A stretch of DNA of 64,000 nt from Acinetobacter phage vB_AbaSt_W16: sequence record PP174317.1; one strand, written 5' to 3'. The notes under the pieces are model-generated. The model was not told the origin of the DNA, searched no databases, and saw only the letters and a program-made list of their open reading frames with translations. The position numbers and the translations under genes were made by a program. Shown here one piece after another: positions 8,752 through 19,147 of the stretch. Numbering within the stretch: position 1 is the first letter of the stretch; every line of letters starts with the position of its first letter.

Positions 8752-9311
8752 TGCAAGGTATTCATTTAAATATTGTACCGGAAACTAAACAGCTAAATGT
8801 AAACGGTAAAACTATTAAAGTCCCAAAGCTGGGACTTAAGCATAGATTACTTTTAAAGCCAAATGAAAATCATGAAGAGTCAATGAAAACATTATTAGCT
8901 TCTATTGCTCCTAATTTATCCATGGCAGAGCGTGATCTATTAACTATACATTTACTAGCGTATAATGGTAAGATTCCAAATACGGTCATTAAGGACGGTC
9001 ATACGTATTCTATTGAAGATGTGTATATATGCCAGAAATTAAAATTCACATATGGTGATTACGAGTTCAAATTTAGATCACCTACATTTGAACTTTTGAA
9101 AGGTCCGGCCGATATACTGCTAAGTCAATGTTGTGTATATGTTAAAAAGAATGATGAAAAAATACAAGTGCCTGATTTTATGGATTTGCCTCCATTTGTC
9201 ATTAATTGGGTGGAACAAATTACAAAAACGATTGCTATTGATGGTCCAAACGGACCAATTAAAGGCCTTTATGAATTAGTGGAGTTATTCGATGGACCAA
9301 CCAGCTCGTAA
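8751..9311 (+). CDS. 28: Baseplate hub distal subunit gp28.
   Basis: 186 aa against 177 aa in T4. It matches T4 synteny and overlaps gene 27 by TAATG. Confidence 0.75.
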   Translation: MQGIHLNIVPETKQLNVNGKTIKVPKLGLKHRLLLKPNENHEESMKTLLASIAPNLSMAERDLLTIHLLAYNGKIPNTVIKDGHTYSIEDVYICQKLKFTYGDYEFKFRSPTFELLKGPADILLSQCCVYVKKNDEKIQVPDFMDLPPFVINWVEQITKTIAIDGPNGPIKGLYELVELFDGPTSS

Positions 9312-11049
9312 TATTAATAGCTTGCGTAGACAGGCTATTCCTGCCGCAAATGATGAAAACTTATCAGAAACTAGTTCATTACGTCGCGAAGTGCTTTTGG
9401 CCAATCAGACTAAAGCACAACAAATGCAAGCTGAAGCCGCAAATGATGAGGTAACAGAGTCTGAACGCCAAACGGAAGCATCTGAAACCCAAGTTAAACA
9501 AAATATTGATCAAATTGTAAATCAAAAAACTCAAATTGATCAAGGTGCTATAGGTAATTTATCATTATCAGAGATTTCATCTAATACGGGTGAAATGAAT
9601 ATTAAATTAGCCGCTTTAAGCGAACGACTTAAAGAAAAATATGAGGCAGCTAATGATGCTACTGTTGATTTACCGGTTAAGGCCGAAGAACCTACTACAT
9701 CAGAAAGTTTAAGTAGTAGAATTTCACCCGAAGACACAAATAACAATGTTATTCCTTCAGTAGTAGCCGATGACCCAAAGCCATCAAAAGATCTTTTAGA
9801 AAGTACCAATGAAGTTAAAGGTGCACCCTCATTAGGGCCGGCTGCAATGATTGTCTCAGGACTTCAAACTTTAACAGGTGCAGTTAAAACAGGCTTTGCT
9901 AAATCCAAATCTGTTAGTGATAAAATTGCGGGTATGCTTTTTAAATATACTGTAACTCAAGCCGTCAATGCTGCTAAAATTGCTTTGGCTGTATTTGGAA
10001 TTATCTTAGCGTTAGATTTACTTAAAATGGCATGGAATGCCTGGGGCGAAAAAATAATGGCTAAGTTTGAAGAATGGACTCAAACGTTTTCTAAATGGTG
10101 GGATAATTTTAAAGAATGGTCTACATATTTTTCTGATATGAAATATGCCTTTGAGGGTATGCAAGGCGATTTAATGGGTATCAGAAATGCTTGGGAATCT
10201 GGCGATTGGCCTGCATTAGCTTCTGCAATTGGCACTGCTTTTGTGGATGGGATAAAAACTTTAAGTGGTATTATGGATCGAGTGATAACAAAATTAATCG
10301 CTACAATTTTGAATAAACTTGGGTTTAAAGACACTGCAAAATCTATCGAAGCTGAAGGCTTGCAAAGATATCAGAATATGACTAATAATAAGTTAGACCC
10401 TGAAAATCAGCAAAAACTGGCAGAAGAACAACTTAAACGTGAAAAGAAAGACGGTCTTACTTCTACTCAAAGAGGCGTAACATCATTTTTACCAGATTCA
10501 TGGCGAGAGAAACTCGGTTTTATTACTAAAAATGAGCATTCTCAAATTGAAGCTGAAAAGAAAGACCAGAAGGCTCGACAATCTCTTAGTAAAGATGATC
10601 AAGTTAAAGTGGTTGCTGCTAGTAATGAAGCCAGAGAAGCTGTGGCTAGATTAGAAAATATTGCAGTCAATGCTGATCCAAATAATAAAGGCCAAATGGC
10701 TACTTTGGATAAATACAGAAAAGAAGCTCAAAATTATATAAATAATCCTGCTTTGTCAAAATCACCTAATGTTAAAGCTGAATTACAAAATCAATTAGAT
10801 CGTTTGACACCAAAACAATCTGTCAAAAATACAGTAACGCCTGAAACATCAACTGCGAGCAAAGACGTTCAAACAGCAAAAAATATTCAAATTGCAGAAG
10901 CCCAAAAGGCTAAAACAAATGCTGTTCAGAACAATAATACAGCAAATGTTCAGAACAATATTGTTAAATCTAGTCGACAATATAATGTTCAAGCCCCTAT
11001 TACAGGTACTGCGGCACCAGGTATTTTTAAGGCAACAGGTGTAAATTAA
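9292..11049 (+). CDS. 29: Baseplate hub subunit and tail length determinator gp29.
   Basis: 585 aa against 590 aa in T4. It is coiled-coil and Gln/Ala-rich with low-complexity tracts, and matches T4 synteny. Confidence 0.8.
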   Translation: MDQPARNINSLRRQAIPAANDENLSETSSLRREVLLANQTKAQQMQAEAANDEVTESERQTEASETQVKQNIDQIVNQKTQIDQGAIGNLSLSEISSNTGEMNIKLAALSERLKEKYEAANDATVDLPVKAEEPTTSESLSSRISPEDTNNNVIPSVVADDPKPSKDLLESTNEVKGAPSLGPAAMIVSGLQTLTGAVKTGFAKSKSVSDKIAGMLFKYTVTQAVNAAKIALAVFGIILALDLLKMAWNAWGEKIMAKFEEWTQTFSKWWDNFKEWSTYFSDMKYAFEGMQGDLMGIRNAWESGDWPALASAIGTAFVDGIKTLSGIMDRVITKLIATILNKLGFKDTAKSIEAEGLQRYQNMTNNKLDPENQQKLAEEQLKREKKDGLTSTQRGVTSFLPDSWREKLGFITKNEHSQIEAEKKDQKARQSLSKDDQVKVVAASNEAREAVARLENIAVNADPNNKGQMATLDKYRKEAQNYINNPALSKSPNVKAELQNQLDRLTPKQSVKNTVTPETSTASKDVQTAKNIQIAEAQKAKTNAVQNNNTANVQNNIVKSSRQYNVQAPITGTAAPGIFKATGVN

Positions 11050-11059
11050 GGTTAATTAT

Positions 11060-12142
11060 ATGCAAGTTAAAGAGTTAACAAGTGACTTTATGGCCAAAGC
11101 CGGTAGTATTATTTCTGCCGGGCAAAGTCAAAAGTCGAAAGAAACAAAAACTAAAATTATGACCGCTCAGTTTCCAGCTGAGCGTGCTGCTAGTGTTGAT
11201 ACAACAAATGCTGCGGAAGTAGGACAAAATTATCAAAATGGCTTACTTTTTACTGCATACGAGTACACATCTAGAACAACACCTGATTTAAGATCAATGC
11301 GACAACGTGTTCAAAAATCATACAAAGTTTTAGAAAGCACTCAAAAAATACTTTCTGCTGTTGCGGGAGTATCTGGCCAAACTGAAGGCCGTTCTACAAG
11401 TAAAGCACCAGTTGCAAATATTTTAATGCCTAGATCAAAAACAGATTCAGATAATACATCTCATAAATTTAATGATGTTGGAGAATCTTTAATCACTCGT
11501 GGTAACGGTTCACCGACAGGTATTTTATCTAATATGGCATCAACTGCTGTATTTGGTGCAATTGAATCTGCAACACAAGGCGCAATGGCTGATCATGGTG
11601 AACAAATCTATAACACATCAAGATCAATGTATGCAGGCGCTGAAAATCGTACTAAAACATATTCTTGGGATTTAACACCAAGAACACCAGAAGATTTAAG
11701 CCAAATTTTAAAGATTTATGAAATTTTTAATTATCTGTCATATGGTATGACCGGCAATTCGGCTTTTGCAAAATCAATTAAAGATGAAATTGATAATTGG
11801 TATAAGAAGACATTTATTAAGCCAATTAATGATGCGACCGGAACAACAACACAGTCAACCGTAATGGAATCAGTTACAAGCTTTTTATCCAATGTAATTG
11901 TTGTTTCAAATCCAACAGTATGGTTTATTCAAAATTTTGGTACGCAATCAAAATATGATGGTCTTGCCGATATTTTTGGACCGGCCCAGATTTCTAATAT
12001 TAGATTTGAAAAGACATCTGATGGTAATTTTAATGGGCTGGCCATTGCACCAAATATGCCTTCAACTTTTGTGTTGGAAGTTACATTTCGTGAAATTCTT
12101 ACTCTTAATAGAGCATCATTATATGGTGAGGACGTATTATGA
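11060..12142 (+). CDS. 48: Baseplate tail tube cap gp48.
   Basis: 360 aa against 364 aa in T4, in the syntenic position. Confidence 0.8.
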   Translation: MQVKELTSDFMAKAGSIISAGQSQKSKETKTKIMTAQFPAERAASVDTTNAAEVGQNYQNGLLFTAYEYTSRTTPDLRSMRQRVQKSYKVLESTQKILSAVAGVSGQTEGRSTSKAPVANILMPRSKTDSDNTSHKFNDVGESLITRGNGSPTGILSNMASTAVFGAIESATQGAMADHGEQIYNTSRSMYAGAENRTKTYSWDLTPRTPEDLSQILKIYEIFNYLSYGMTGNSAFAKSIKDEIDNWYKKTFIKPINDATGTTTQSTVMESVTSFLSNVIVVSNPTVWFIQNFGTQSKYDGLADIFGPAQISNIRFEKTSDGNFNGLAIAPNMPSTFVLEVTFREILTLNRASLYGEDVL

Positions 12143-13029
12143 AAAATACTGCTATTGCATTTACACTTGATGAATTCAATAATCAAATTGGTAATTTTGA
12201 TTTTCAACGTACCAATATGTTTTCTATGCATTTTGCAACTCGTCCAGCATCAAAGTCACAAGAATATCTAGGTACAATTTCACAAAAATCAAATGATAGC
12301 ATTATGTCTACTCTTGAGGCTATGGGAGTTACAAACGATAGTATCCAAAATGCAATTGCATCTATAATTACAATAGGTACTCAAAAGATTGTAAGAAAAT
12401 CTGGTGTAACTAAAATACTTATGGGTGCAATGACTAATCGTGTTGTTCAGTCTCTTTTAGGTGAATTAAAAGTTGGAACATATTTGCTTGATTACTTTGA
12501 TCAAGCATTTCCAACATCAGGTTTAATGGTTCAATCTTGTAAAATACCTGATAACCATTTAAATTATGAAATGGACCGTCAGCATAATGCACCCAATATC
12601 AAAATTACAGGTCGTGATTTTGAGCCTCTTGTTATAACTTTCCGTATGGATGCGACTGCATCCAACCATCGAGCAATGAATGATTGGGTAAATGCAGTTG
12701 AGGACCCTATTACAGGTCTTAGAGCTTTACCTATTGATGTAGAAGCGGATATCCAAATCAATTTACACAATCGAAAAGGCTATCCACACACGGCATATAT
12801 GTTTTCCGGGTGTATTCCAATGATTGTAGGCGGTCCACAAGTATCATATGAAGATAATAATCAAATTACAACATTTGATGTTACTTTTGCTTATAGATCA
12901 ATGCAATCTGGTGCCGTAGGATTAGAAGCTGCAAGGGCATGGATGGAAGACACAACTATTGATATTTCAAAAGGTCAAGTGAGCCCCAATATGAATGCAA
13001 TCCCGCCACAGCAATCAAGATTGCGTTAA
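12139..13029 (+). CDS. 54: Baseplate tail tube initiator gp54.
   Basis: 296 aa, in the syntenic position, overlapping gene 48 by ATGA. Confidence 0.8.
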   Translation: MKNTAIAFTLDEFNNQIGNFDFQRTNMFSMHFATRPASKSQEYLGTISQKSNDSIMSTLEAMGVTNDSIQNAIASIITIGTQKIVRKSGVTKILMGAMTNRVVQSLLGELKVGTYLLDYFDQAFPTSGLMVQSCKIPDNHLNYEMDRQHNAPNIKITGRDFEPLVITFRMDATASNHRAMNDWVNAVEDPITGLRALPIDVEADIQINLHNRKGYPHTAYMFSGCIPMIVGGPQVSYEDNNQITTFDVTFAYRSMQSGAVGLEAARAWMEDTTIDISKGQVSPNMNAIPPQQSRLR

Positions 13030-13054
13030 GTAAATTTAAATTGGAGAATATAAA

Positions 13055-15142
13055 ATGTTTGATCTTTTAACAGAAGCTCAATTAAATGAAATTTTTGATG
13101 CGGATACACCAGGTATTGTGTATCCCGTTGAGAATTTAACACCTAATGCAAAAGTACCACAAATGTTACATATGAAAGTGCCGGGCACTAATGATTTAAT
13201 TATTAGATTGACTCATTTGGATACAATAGGTACTCGCGTAAAAGCTGTGCAGCCAAATGATAAAACAGTTCAAGTCTTTTTAATGTCATTATCAGATAAG
13301 GGCAATATTACTGATTTTAGAGGTGGTTTAGGTACTGATCCAGTTGGTGCAATTAATACAATGTTTGCAACTGTAATGGATATTTCTAAAAAATATCACT
13401 TTGAATCGGTTTTATTCAGATTCACTAGAACAAAAATGAAAGGTAAATCTGAACAGGCTAAACGTGTTTTATCTCGTTTAATTAAACAAAGATCGGGAGG
13501 GCGATATACTACTTTAGAAGAAGTAACTCGATCGGAATCCAAAAAGTTTGATTTCGCTTTGGCTATAAAGAAAAATTCTGATTTATTAGATGATATTGCT
13601 TCTTCTGCTAAGGGATATCAAAAAGTTGAAACTAAGGCGGGTATTACATATATTAATGACAATACTGGTAATCAAGTAACTAAAGCTGAAGTTGTCGCTG
13701 ATGTATTAACATCACAATCTGCTAAAATTACAGATCAACAAATTGCAGCAAAATCTAAAATTTCCAGACGGGCCGCATTTGATGCAATGTATAATGTAGG
13801 AACAGAATTTTCAGCTAAACGTAATGAAGCCAATGAAACGACATTCCAAGAGTTAAAAAATACTGTTCCTATTACACCTGCAACTCGTCCGGAATCAATA
13901 GTTTTTAGACATATTGCGAATAAAATTAAATATAAAAGTTATGCAGATTCTTTACGTAATTGGAACCCAAAAGAAGTTAAGTATGGTCCTGGTAATTTAA
14001 ATGCAGAAACATTCTTAAGCATGATGAAAGATGTTTTTAAGACTACACCTGCGAACACTTTTAAATTGTTTCAAGAACATGTTGATGCATTTGCTGATAT
14101 TGTTGAGCAGACAGACCCGCGGGATACAAATGCAACTGTCGTTAAAATTGCAAATTATTTTTCATCTGGTAGATTTGCAGAATTAGATTTTGATGATAGA
14201 CAAACATTAATCAAAGGCGCTGTATATACTTTTATTCATTACATTTCAAATGATATAAGAGAAGCTTATAGCGATTATACAATAGGTGAAATTTCAGCAG
14301 AAACCAAATATACTGATGAAGATATTAAAGCTATTCAGTCTTATACAGGTAATCGATATGTAGAAATGAATGACTTTTTGACTGGCAGTCGTCCAAATAT
14401 TAGTCCTGCGACATTGGCTGAAATTAAAACATTAGATAATATTTTTGTGAATAAAGGTGATACTTTACCAAAAGGCACTAAAGTTTACCGCGGGATGTCA
14501 ATGAAGGTTCCGCAACTTAAAACGGTTGTAGAATCAAAAATTATGTATTTTGCTAATATTGTATCCACATCATTACTGCCTGTAATTTATAACGGGGCCT
14601 TTGCTGCAGTACATCCTACAATTGATAATGCGTCTACTGACATTACAAATTTAGATACAATTGAAGATGTATTGGGTTCAAAATTGTATACTCCAGACGA
14701 TGCATATGATTATAAACGTCATGGTGAAATTGGTAAAACTATTTCATTAGGTATGGTTATTTCAGGTGTTGATAAAATTAACTGTATTGTTCCTGGGAAT
14801 GTTTCATCATATTCTCACGAGTGTGAAGTTATGTTACCTCGCGGTACAGCAATGCGAATTATAAAGTTTATGGCACCGCCTGAAGATTCTGATGGTTGGG
14901 CTGCAACTGGTCTTATGTACTTAGATATAATTGCACCGGATCAACTCACAGAATCAATGGAATTTATTGATGGAGATAAATTCTTAGCCGAAGGCGTTTT
15001 AGAACCTATCTCATTTAGTAATATGTTTAATACTAGACATAAAATATTAACCGAGTCATTAACACCAGATAATGAAATGTCTAAAGATTTATTATTAAGC
15101 TGTATTAATATGAATCAAGTTCCAGATAGATTTATGCGTTAA
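13055..15142 (+). CDS. alt: Alt-like ADP-ribosyltransferase, an injected internal head protein.
   Basis: 695 aa against 682 aa for T4 Alt, in the T4 alt position between 54 and 30. The ADP-ribosyltransferase triad is present: YRG (Arg), VSTS (S-T-S) and ECEVMLPRG (E-x-E). Confidence 0.85.
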   Translation: MFDLLTEAQLNEIFDADTPGIVYPVENLTPNAKVPQMLHMKVPGTNDLIIRLTHLDTIGTRVKAVQPNDKTVQVFLMSLSDKGNITDFRGGLGTDPVGAINTMFATVMDISKKYHFESVLFRFTRTKMKGKSEQAKRVLSRLIKQRSGGRYTTLEEVTRSESKKFDFALAIKKNSDLLDDIASSAKGYQKVETKAGITYINDNTGNQVTKAEVVADVLTSQSAKITDQQIAAKSKISRRAAFDAMYNVGTEFSAKRNEANETTFQELKNTVPITPATRPESIVFRHIANKIKYKSYADSLRNWNPKEVKYGPGNLNAETFLSMMKDVFKTTPANTFKLFQEHVDAFADIVEQTDPRDTNATVVKIANYFSSGRFAELDFDDRQTLIKGAVYTFIHYISNDIREAYSDYTIGEISAETKYTDEDIKAIQSYTGNRYVEMNDFLTGSRPNISPATLAEIKTLDNIFVNKGDTLPKGTKVYRGMSMKVPQLKTVVESKIMYFANIVSTSLLPVIYNGAFAAVHPTIDNASTDITNLDTIEDVLGSKLYTPDDAYDYKRHGEIGKTISLGMVISGVDKINCIVPGNVSSYSHECEVMLPRGTAMRIIKFMAPPEDSDGWAATGLMYLDIIAPDQLTESMEFIDGDKFLAEGVLEPISFSNMFNTRHKILTESLTPDNEMSKDLLLSCINMNQVPDRFMR

Positions 15143-15145
15143 AAG

Positions 15146-15170
15146 AAAGGGCCCATGAAGGACCCTTTCT
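15146..15170. terminator. Hairpin aagggcccatgaaggaccctttc followed by T-rich sequence, between the two alt genes.
   Basis: Inverted repeat plus T-run, seen directly. Confidence 0.6.
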
Positions 15171-15171
15171 T

Positions 15172-15179
15172 TATAAATA
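15172..15179 (+). promoter_or_regulatory. Late promoter TATAAATA upstream of the second alt paralogue.
   Basis: Exact TATAAATA 23 nt upstream of the ATG at 15202. Confidence 0.6.
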
Positions 15180-15201
15180 GAATATAGCTAGGAGAAATAA
15201 C

Positions 15202-17352
15202 ATGTTATTAGAAAATATGACAATTGATCAATTAAACGAAGTTTTTGACGCCGATAATTTGGGTACAATTTATCCCGTTCAAGATTTAACCCCAAAGGCA
15301 AAAGTACCTCAAATGCTTCATATTAAAGTGCCTGGTACTAATGATCTATTAGTTCGATTAACTCATTTGGATACTGTTGGGACTCGTGTAAAAGCAGTTC
15401 AACCTGGTGATAAAACCGTTCAAGTGTTTTTAATGTCACTATCTGAAAAAGGAAATATTACAGACTTTCGTGGTGGTTTAGGTACCGATCCAGTTGGTGC
15501 AATTAATACTATTTTTACAACCGTTTTAGATATTTCTAAAAAATTTAGATTTGATTCCGTATTATTCCGTATCCCTAAAAATAAAATGAAAGGTCAAGAA
15601 CGTGCGGTACAACGAGTTCTTTCAAGATTAATTAAAAATCGTTCAGGTGGTCGTTTCACAACATTAGATGAAATTGAACGCGATGAATCAAAGAAATTTA
15701 GTTTTGTAATGGCGTATCGTAAAAATTCAGATGTTTTAGATCAAGTCCCATTATCGGATAATATTGAAAAAGTTGAGACTAAGGCAGGTGATACTTTTAT
15801 TGATAAAGATACTGGAAAGCAAGTTTCTAAGGCAGAGGCGGTGGCTTCCGAAATTGTTAAAAAAGCTGAAAAGATTACAACTAAAAATGTAATTTCAAAA
15901 ACTAAAGTAAGTAAGCAAGCTTTAATCGCAGCCCTTTATGGTGAAATCGAAACTACTAAAATGAGTACCGCTGCTCTTGAAGTTTTTAATGATTTACAAT
16001 CAACAGCAGAACCTTTATCATCAAAAGGTGTAGAACTTTCAAAAGGCGTTTCTATGGCTGAAAGTTCAATGAAGAATAGTTTAACTACTTTATCATATAA
16101 TCTTGAGCGAGTTTCTCAAGTTGGCCGTGATCAACGTTTTGTGAATCACCCTGCGACTAATTTGGTAACTCATGTTGAGTATCAATTAGCAAGCAATATT
16201 GGTTGGCCGATGGCTGAAGCGGAATCATTTGGTCGCTATCTATTGGGTCGAATTTCAGATGTTTTACGTAAAGCAAAACCTCTTCAATTAAATAATGCAT
16301 TTAAAGATATCGCAACGGCTGCCTTAGAACATGAAGGATTTAGAAAATTAACTCTTGCACAACGTTTAGATGTTATTGCACCTATTGTGACTTATATTAT
16401 TAATGATACATCAGAAGATATGTCTAGAGTTGTTTCACGATCGCCTAATTTGTATGGCACTGCAAAATGGTCTCAGGCTCAAGCAGAAGTTGTTAAAAAT
16501 TATTGTGATACGTCATATGACTTAATTAATGGTTTCTTGCGAGGTATTAATAACCCAGGTTCGCCTAAACGTCTGTATGAATTGGTTGAAACTATGGACT
16601 CAGTATTTGAAGAGCATGGGATTCGTCTTAAGAAAGGCACATTATTATACCGTGGCCAAAAATTAACAAAGCAAGATTTTGTTAAAACTATGGAAAATAA
16701 AATGTTCTATTTCCGAAATTATGTTTCCACTTCAATGACTCCAATCATTTATGGTATATCGCAATTTGGTGAAGGTAGTATTGCTGCAATGTTAGCTGAT
16801 AATCCAACTAACGCAGATACGCATACACCTGAAGAAATTGTTCAATCTGCTCAAGGTGAAGTTTCACCTCAAGATGAACTTATGAATATGACATATTATG
16901 GTGAGCGTGAAGTTCCAAGTATTTCATATATTATTTCGGGTGCGGATAAACTTAAAGTGATTATCCCAGGTTCATTAGCCGAATATTATGATGAACAGGA
17001 AGTTATTCTTCCTCGAGGTACAGTCATTAAGTATAATACTGTAATAGGTGGAAACCTTGATAAAACTGCCGATGGTTCTGCTCTATTAAAAAATATTATA
17101 GTTGAAGCCGAAGTTTTAGATCCATCTTTATTAAAAGAATCTGTTGTTTATGATGGCGATCTTTTCATGGAAACAGGTGAAATGGTTGCAGTTGATTTAA
17201 TTACAGAAGATGTGGCAGAAGTTACGGAATCACCATCTAATTCCTTTTCAGCACAATTCCGTAAACCAAGATTCGAAAATGAGTCTAATGAAATTTTACA
17301 AGCTTTATCTGCAATAGCATTTAAAAATATTAAACCTAAATTTATTAGCTAA
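15202..17352 (+). CDS. Second Alt-like ADP-ribosyltransferase paralogue.
   Basis: The N-terminal ~220 aa are about 75% identical to the upstream Alt. The C-terminal domain keeps YRG, YVSTS and EQEVILPRG, while the central region has diverged. Confidence 0.85.
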   Translation: MLLENMTIDQLNEVFDADNLGTIYPVQDLTPKAKVPQMLHIKVPGTNDLLVRLTHLDTVGTRVKAVQPGDKTVQVFLMSLSEKGNITDFRGGLGTDPVGAINTIFTTVLDISKKFRFDSVLFRIPKNKMKGQERAVQRVLSRLIKNRSGGRFTTLDEIERDESKKFSFVMAYRKNSDVLDQVPLSDNIEKVETKAGDTFIDKDTGKQVSKAEAVASEIVKKAEKITTKNVISKTKVSKQALIAALYGEIETTKMSTAALEVFNDLQSTAEPLSSKGVELSKGVSMAESSMKNSLTTLSYNLERVSQVGRDQRFVNHPATNLVTHVEYQLASNIGWPMAEAESFGRYLLGRISDVLRKAKPLQLNNAFKDIATAALEHEGFRKLTLAQRLDVIAPIVTYIINDTSEDMSRVVSRSPNLYGTAKWSQAQAEVVKNYCDTSYDLINGFLRGINNPGSPKRLYELVETMDSVFEEHGIRLKKGTLLYRGQKLTKQDFVKTMENKMFYFRNYVSTSMTPIIYGISQFGEGSIAAMLADNPTNADTHTPEEIVQSAQGEVSPQDELMNMTYYGEREVPSISYIISGADKLKVIIPGSLAEYYDEQEVILPRGTVIKYNTVIGGNLDKTADGSALLKNIIVEAEVLDPSLLKESVVYDGDLFMETGEMVAVDLITEDVAEVTESPSNSFSAQFRKPRFENESNEILQALSAIAFKNIKPKFIS

Positions 17353-17354
17353 AG

Positions 17355-17380
17355 AAAAGGGAGCCTTATGGCTCCCTTTC
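17355..17380. terminator. Bidirectional terminator (gggagccttatggctccc with flanking A/T runs).
   Basis: Hairpin between the convergent alt paralogue (+) and the 68-aa/ligase genes (-). Confidence 0.65.
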
Positions 17381-17587
17381 TTATACAATATGTAAAATCC
17401 GATGGACCATAGTATGGCCTAAATCTTCATTTTTAATTAAATTTTTTGCAAATTTATCTCGTTGTTCCAATGATTCAAAATTTAATTGTGTAACAGCCAC
17501 ACTAGTTGACACTGTAGTGTTATTGGTTACACCTGTTCGTATTATTTTGGCATGAACTTCTAAAATTGCTGTACACATTTTACTCAC
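17381..17587 (-). CDS. Hypothetical small protein downstream of DNA ligase.
   Basis: 68-aa ORF whose start overlaps the ligase stop codon. Confidence 0.4.
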   Translation of the reverse strand: MSKMCTAILEVHAKIIRTGVTNNTTVSTSVAVTQLNFESLEQRDKFAKNLIKNEDLGHTMVHRILHIV

Positions 17588-19088
17588 CTATTACATTCAT
17601 TGCATCAGGGAATACATCTACAAGGGTATTTGTATCGGTTTTATCTCGGCGAAGTTTAAGAATAATTGGTAAGAATAAACTCACATGATCTTTACGACCT
17701 TCTGCAGTAATCCATCCATTGCATTTAATTTCAGCAATAGTTCCAATTAATTCTTCAGACATTACCATTAGTTTTGTGCGATTTAGTTCATCTAATTCAT
17801 CAAATGGGATGTCAATCCATTCGCCTTTAACTTTAATGGCATTTGTATCTGTAAACCCTGAACCACATTTAACTCGGATTAAATTATCATCAGATCGTAA
17901 TAAAACAGCGCCAACTTTAGATGGGTCTTTAGAATGTTCAACTACACCGACAATACGCAAATCGATTGTAATTTCTTCTTTAAACTTAACTTGGTTTTTA
18001 GATCGTTTGTTTTCCCAAAGACCAAATGTATTTTTAAGAATAATACCTTCAAGGCCTTGCTCAACATATGATTTATAGATTTCACGAGCTTCATCTACAT
18101 TATTAACAATTGTACTTTCAATTAAAATAACACGACGAGATTTATGAGCTAACTCGGTTAATTGCTGGAATCTGACCGAATATTCTAAAGACTTTTCGCC
18201 ATCATAAATTACTTTTAACGGCACTAAATCCCATACTTGGAAGCTCATTGATGCGGCTTCTTGTTTACTAATTGTGCCTTTAAGAGATTTATTTGCGATA
18301 CCATTTGATTCAGAACGTAATGCAACAACAGCTTTACTTTCTTTATCTGATACAACTTGGGCGGTGCCTGTGACTTCTTCGTTATCCATCATCCACTCGA
18401 TACCAACAGCTTGATTACCGGTATCTTTTGAAGCAAAGTAAACCAATTCACCATCAACCATACATGGTCCATGTACTTCACGGAAAGCTCGGGTCATTGA
18501 GATTAAATCGGATTTTAAAATATCCAAGCCGAGATATTCATTACCGGCGCGTGAAAATAATTTTACATCTTCAAGATTATCTCCGCGGATTTCAGCAAAA
18601 CAGCGTGCACCATCTGCTTTTAATTGTGCATATGCTGGATATTTAATTTCAGCCAATGCTTTCGCAGACATAGAAGACGCAAGCATTTGAGGTTGTTTTG
18701 GAATTAAACCTTTCCAAACTTTGTTTGCAATTGTGGCACCAGCCCCAATATCTAAATCACGTGCAATGACACGTTCAACTACAATTGCGTCTGCTTCCGG
18801 TAAAGAGCTTAGACAATCTGCCAACATTGCAATAGCCGCATTTCCTGTTACTTGACGTGTTGCAATTACTTGTTCTAAAATATTAAGAACATCGTCTAAA
18901 CTACGTTCGGTATCTGATCCTTGTACATCATAAAATGGAATTTTCTTAATACCGTATTGTAGACGAGGATGGTACGCCATACGGAATACACGCTTAAAAA
19001 TATCATTTTTCGCATATTCTTTAATAATTTCTTGCTTTTGATTTGTCGAATCTGTTGCAGCAATTTCATTTAAAATATCTAAAATCAT
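17580..19088 (-). CDS. 30: ATP-dependent DNA ligase gp30.
   Basis: 502 aa against 487 aa in T4. Nucleotidyltransferase motif I KADGARC is present, and the gene sits next to alt as in T4. Confidence 0.92.
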   Translation of the reverse strand: MILDILNEIAATDSTNQKQEIIKEYAKNDIFKRVFRMAYHPRLQYGIKKIPFYDVQGSDTERSLDDVLNILEQVIATRQVTGNAAIAMLADCLSSLPEADAIVVERVIARDLDIGAGATIANKVWKGLIPKQPQMLASSMSAKALAEIKYPAYAQLKADGARCFAEIRGDNLEDVKLFSRAGNEYLGLDILKSDLISMTRAFREVHGPCMVDGELVYFASKDTGNQAVGIEWMMDNEEVTGTAQVVSDKESKAVVALRSESNGIANKSLKGTISKQEAASMSFQVWDLVPLKVIYDGEKSLEYSVRFQQLTELAHKSRRVILIESTIVNNVDEAREIYKSYVEQGLEGIILKNTFGLWENKRSKNQVKFKEEITIDLRIVGVVEHSKDPSKVGAVLLRSDDNLIRVKCGSGFTDTNAIKVKGEWIDIPFDELDELNRTKLMVMSEELIGTIAEIKCNGWITAEGRKDHVSLFLPIILKLRRDKTDTNTLVDVFPDAMNVIGE

Positions 19089-19147
19089 TTAGAACTCCAA
19101 GTTAATAGGGACATATACATTTTAACATATAAATTTGTACAGCAAGA

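Noticed and set aside
9540-10334. Two minus-strand ORFs (89 and 84 aa) inside gene 29.
   Set aside because: They are antisense within a conserved structural gene. Their low-complexity Ser/Leu-rich translation mirrors the Gln/Ala-rich sense strand.
11898-12231. Overlapping plus and minus ORFs across the 48/54 junction.
   Set aside because: They are embedded in or antisense to conserved baseplate genes.
17719-18646. Plus-strand ORFs (119 and 72 aa) inside the DNA ligase gene.
   Set aside because: They are antisense to gene 30.
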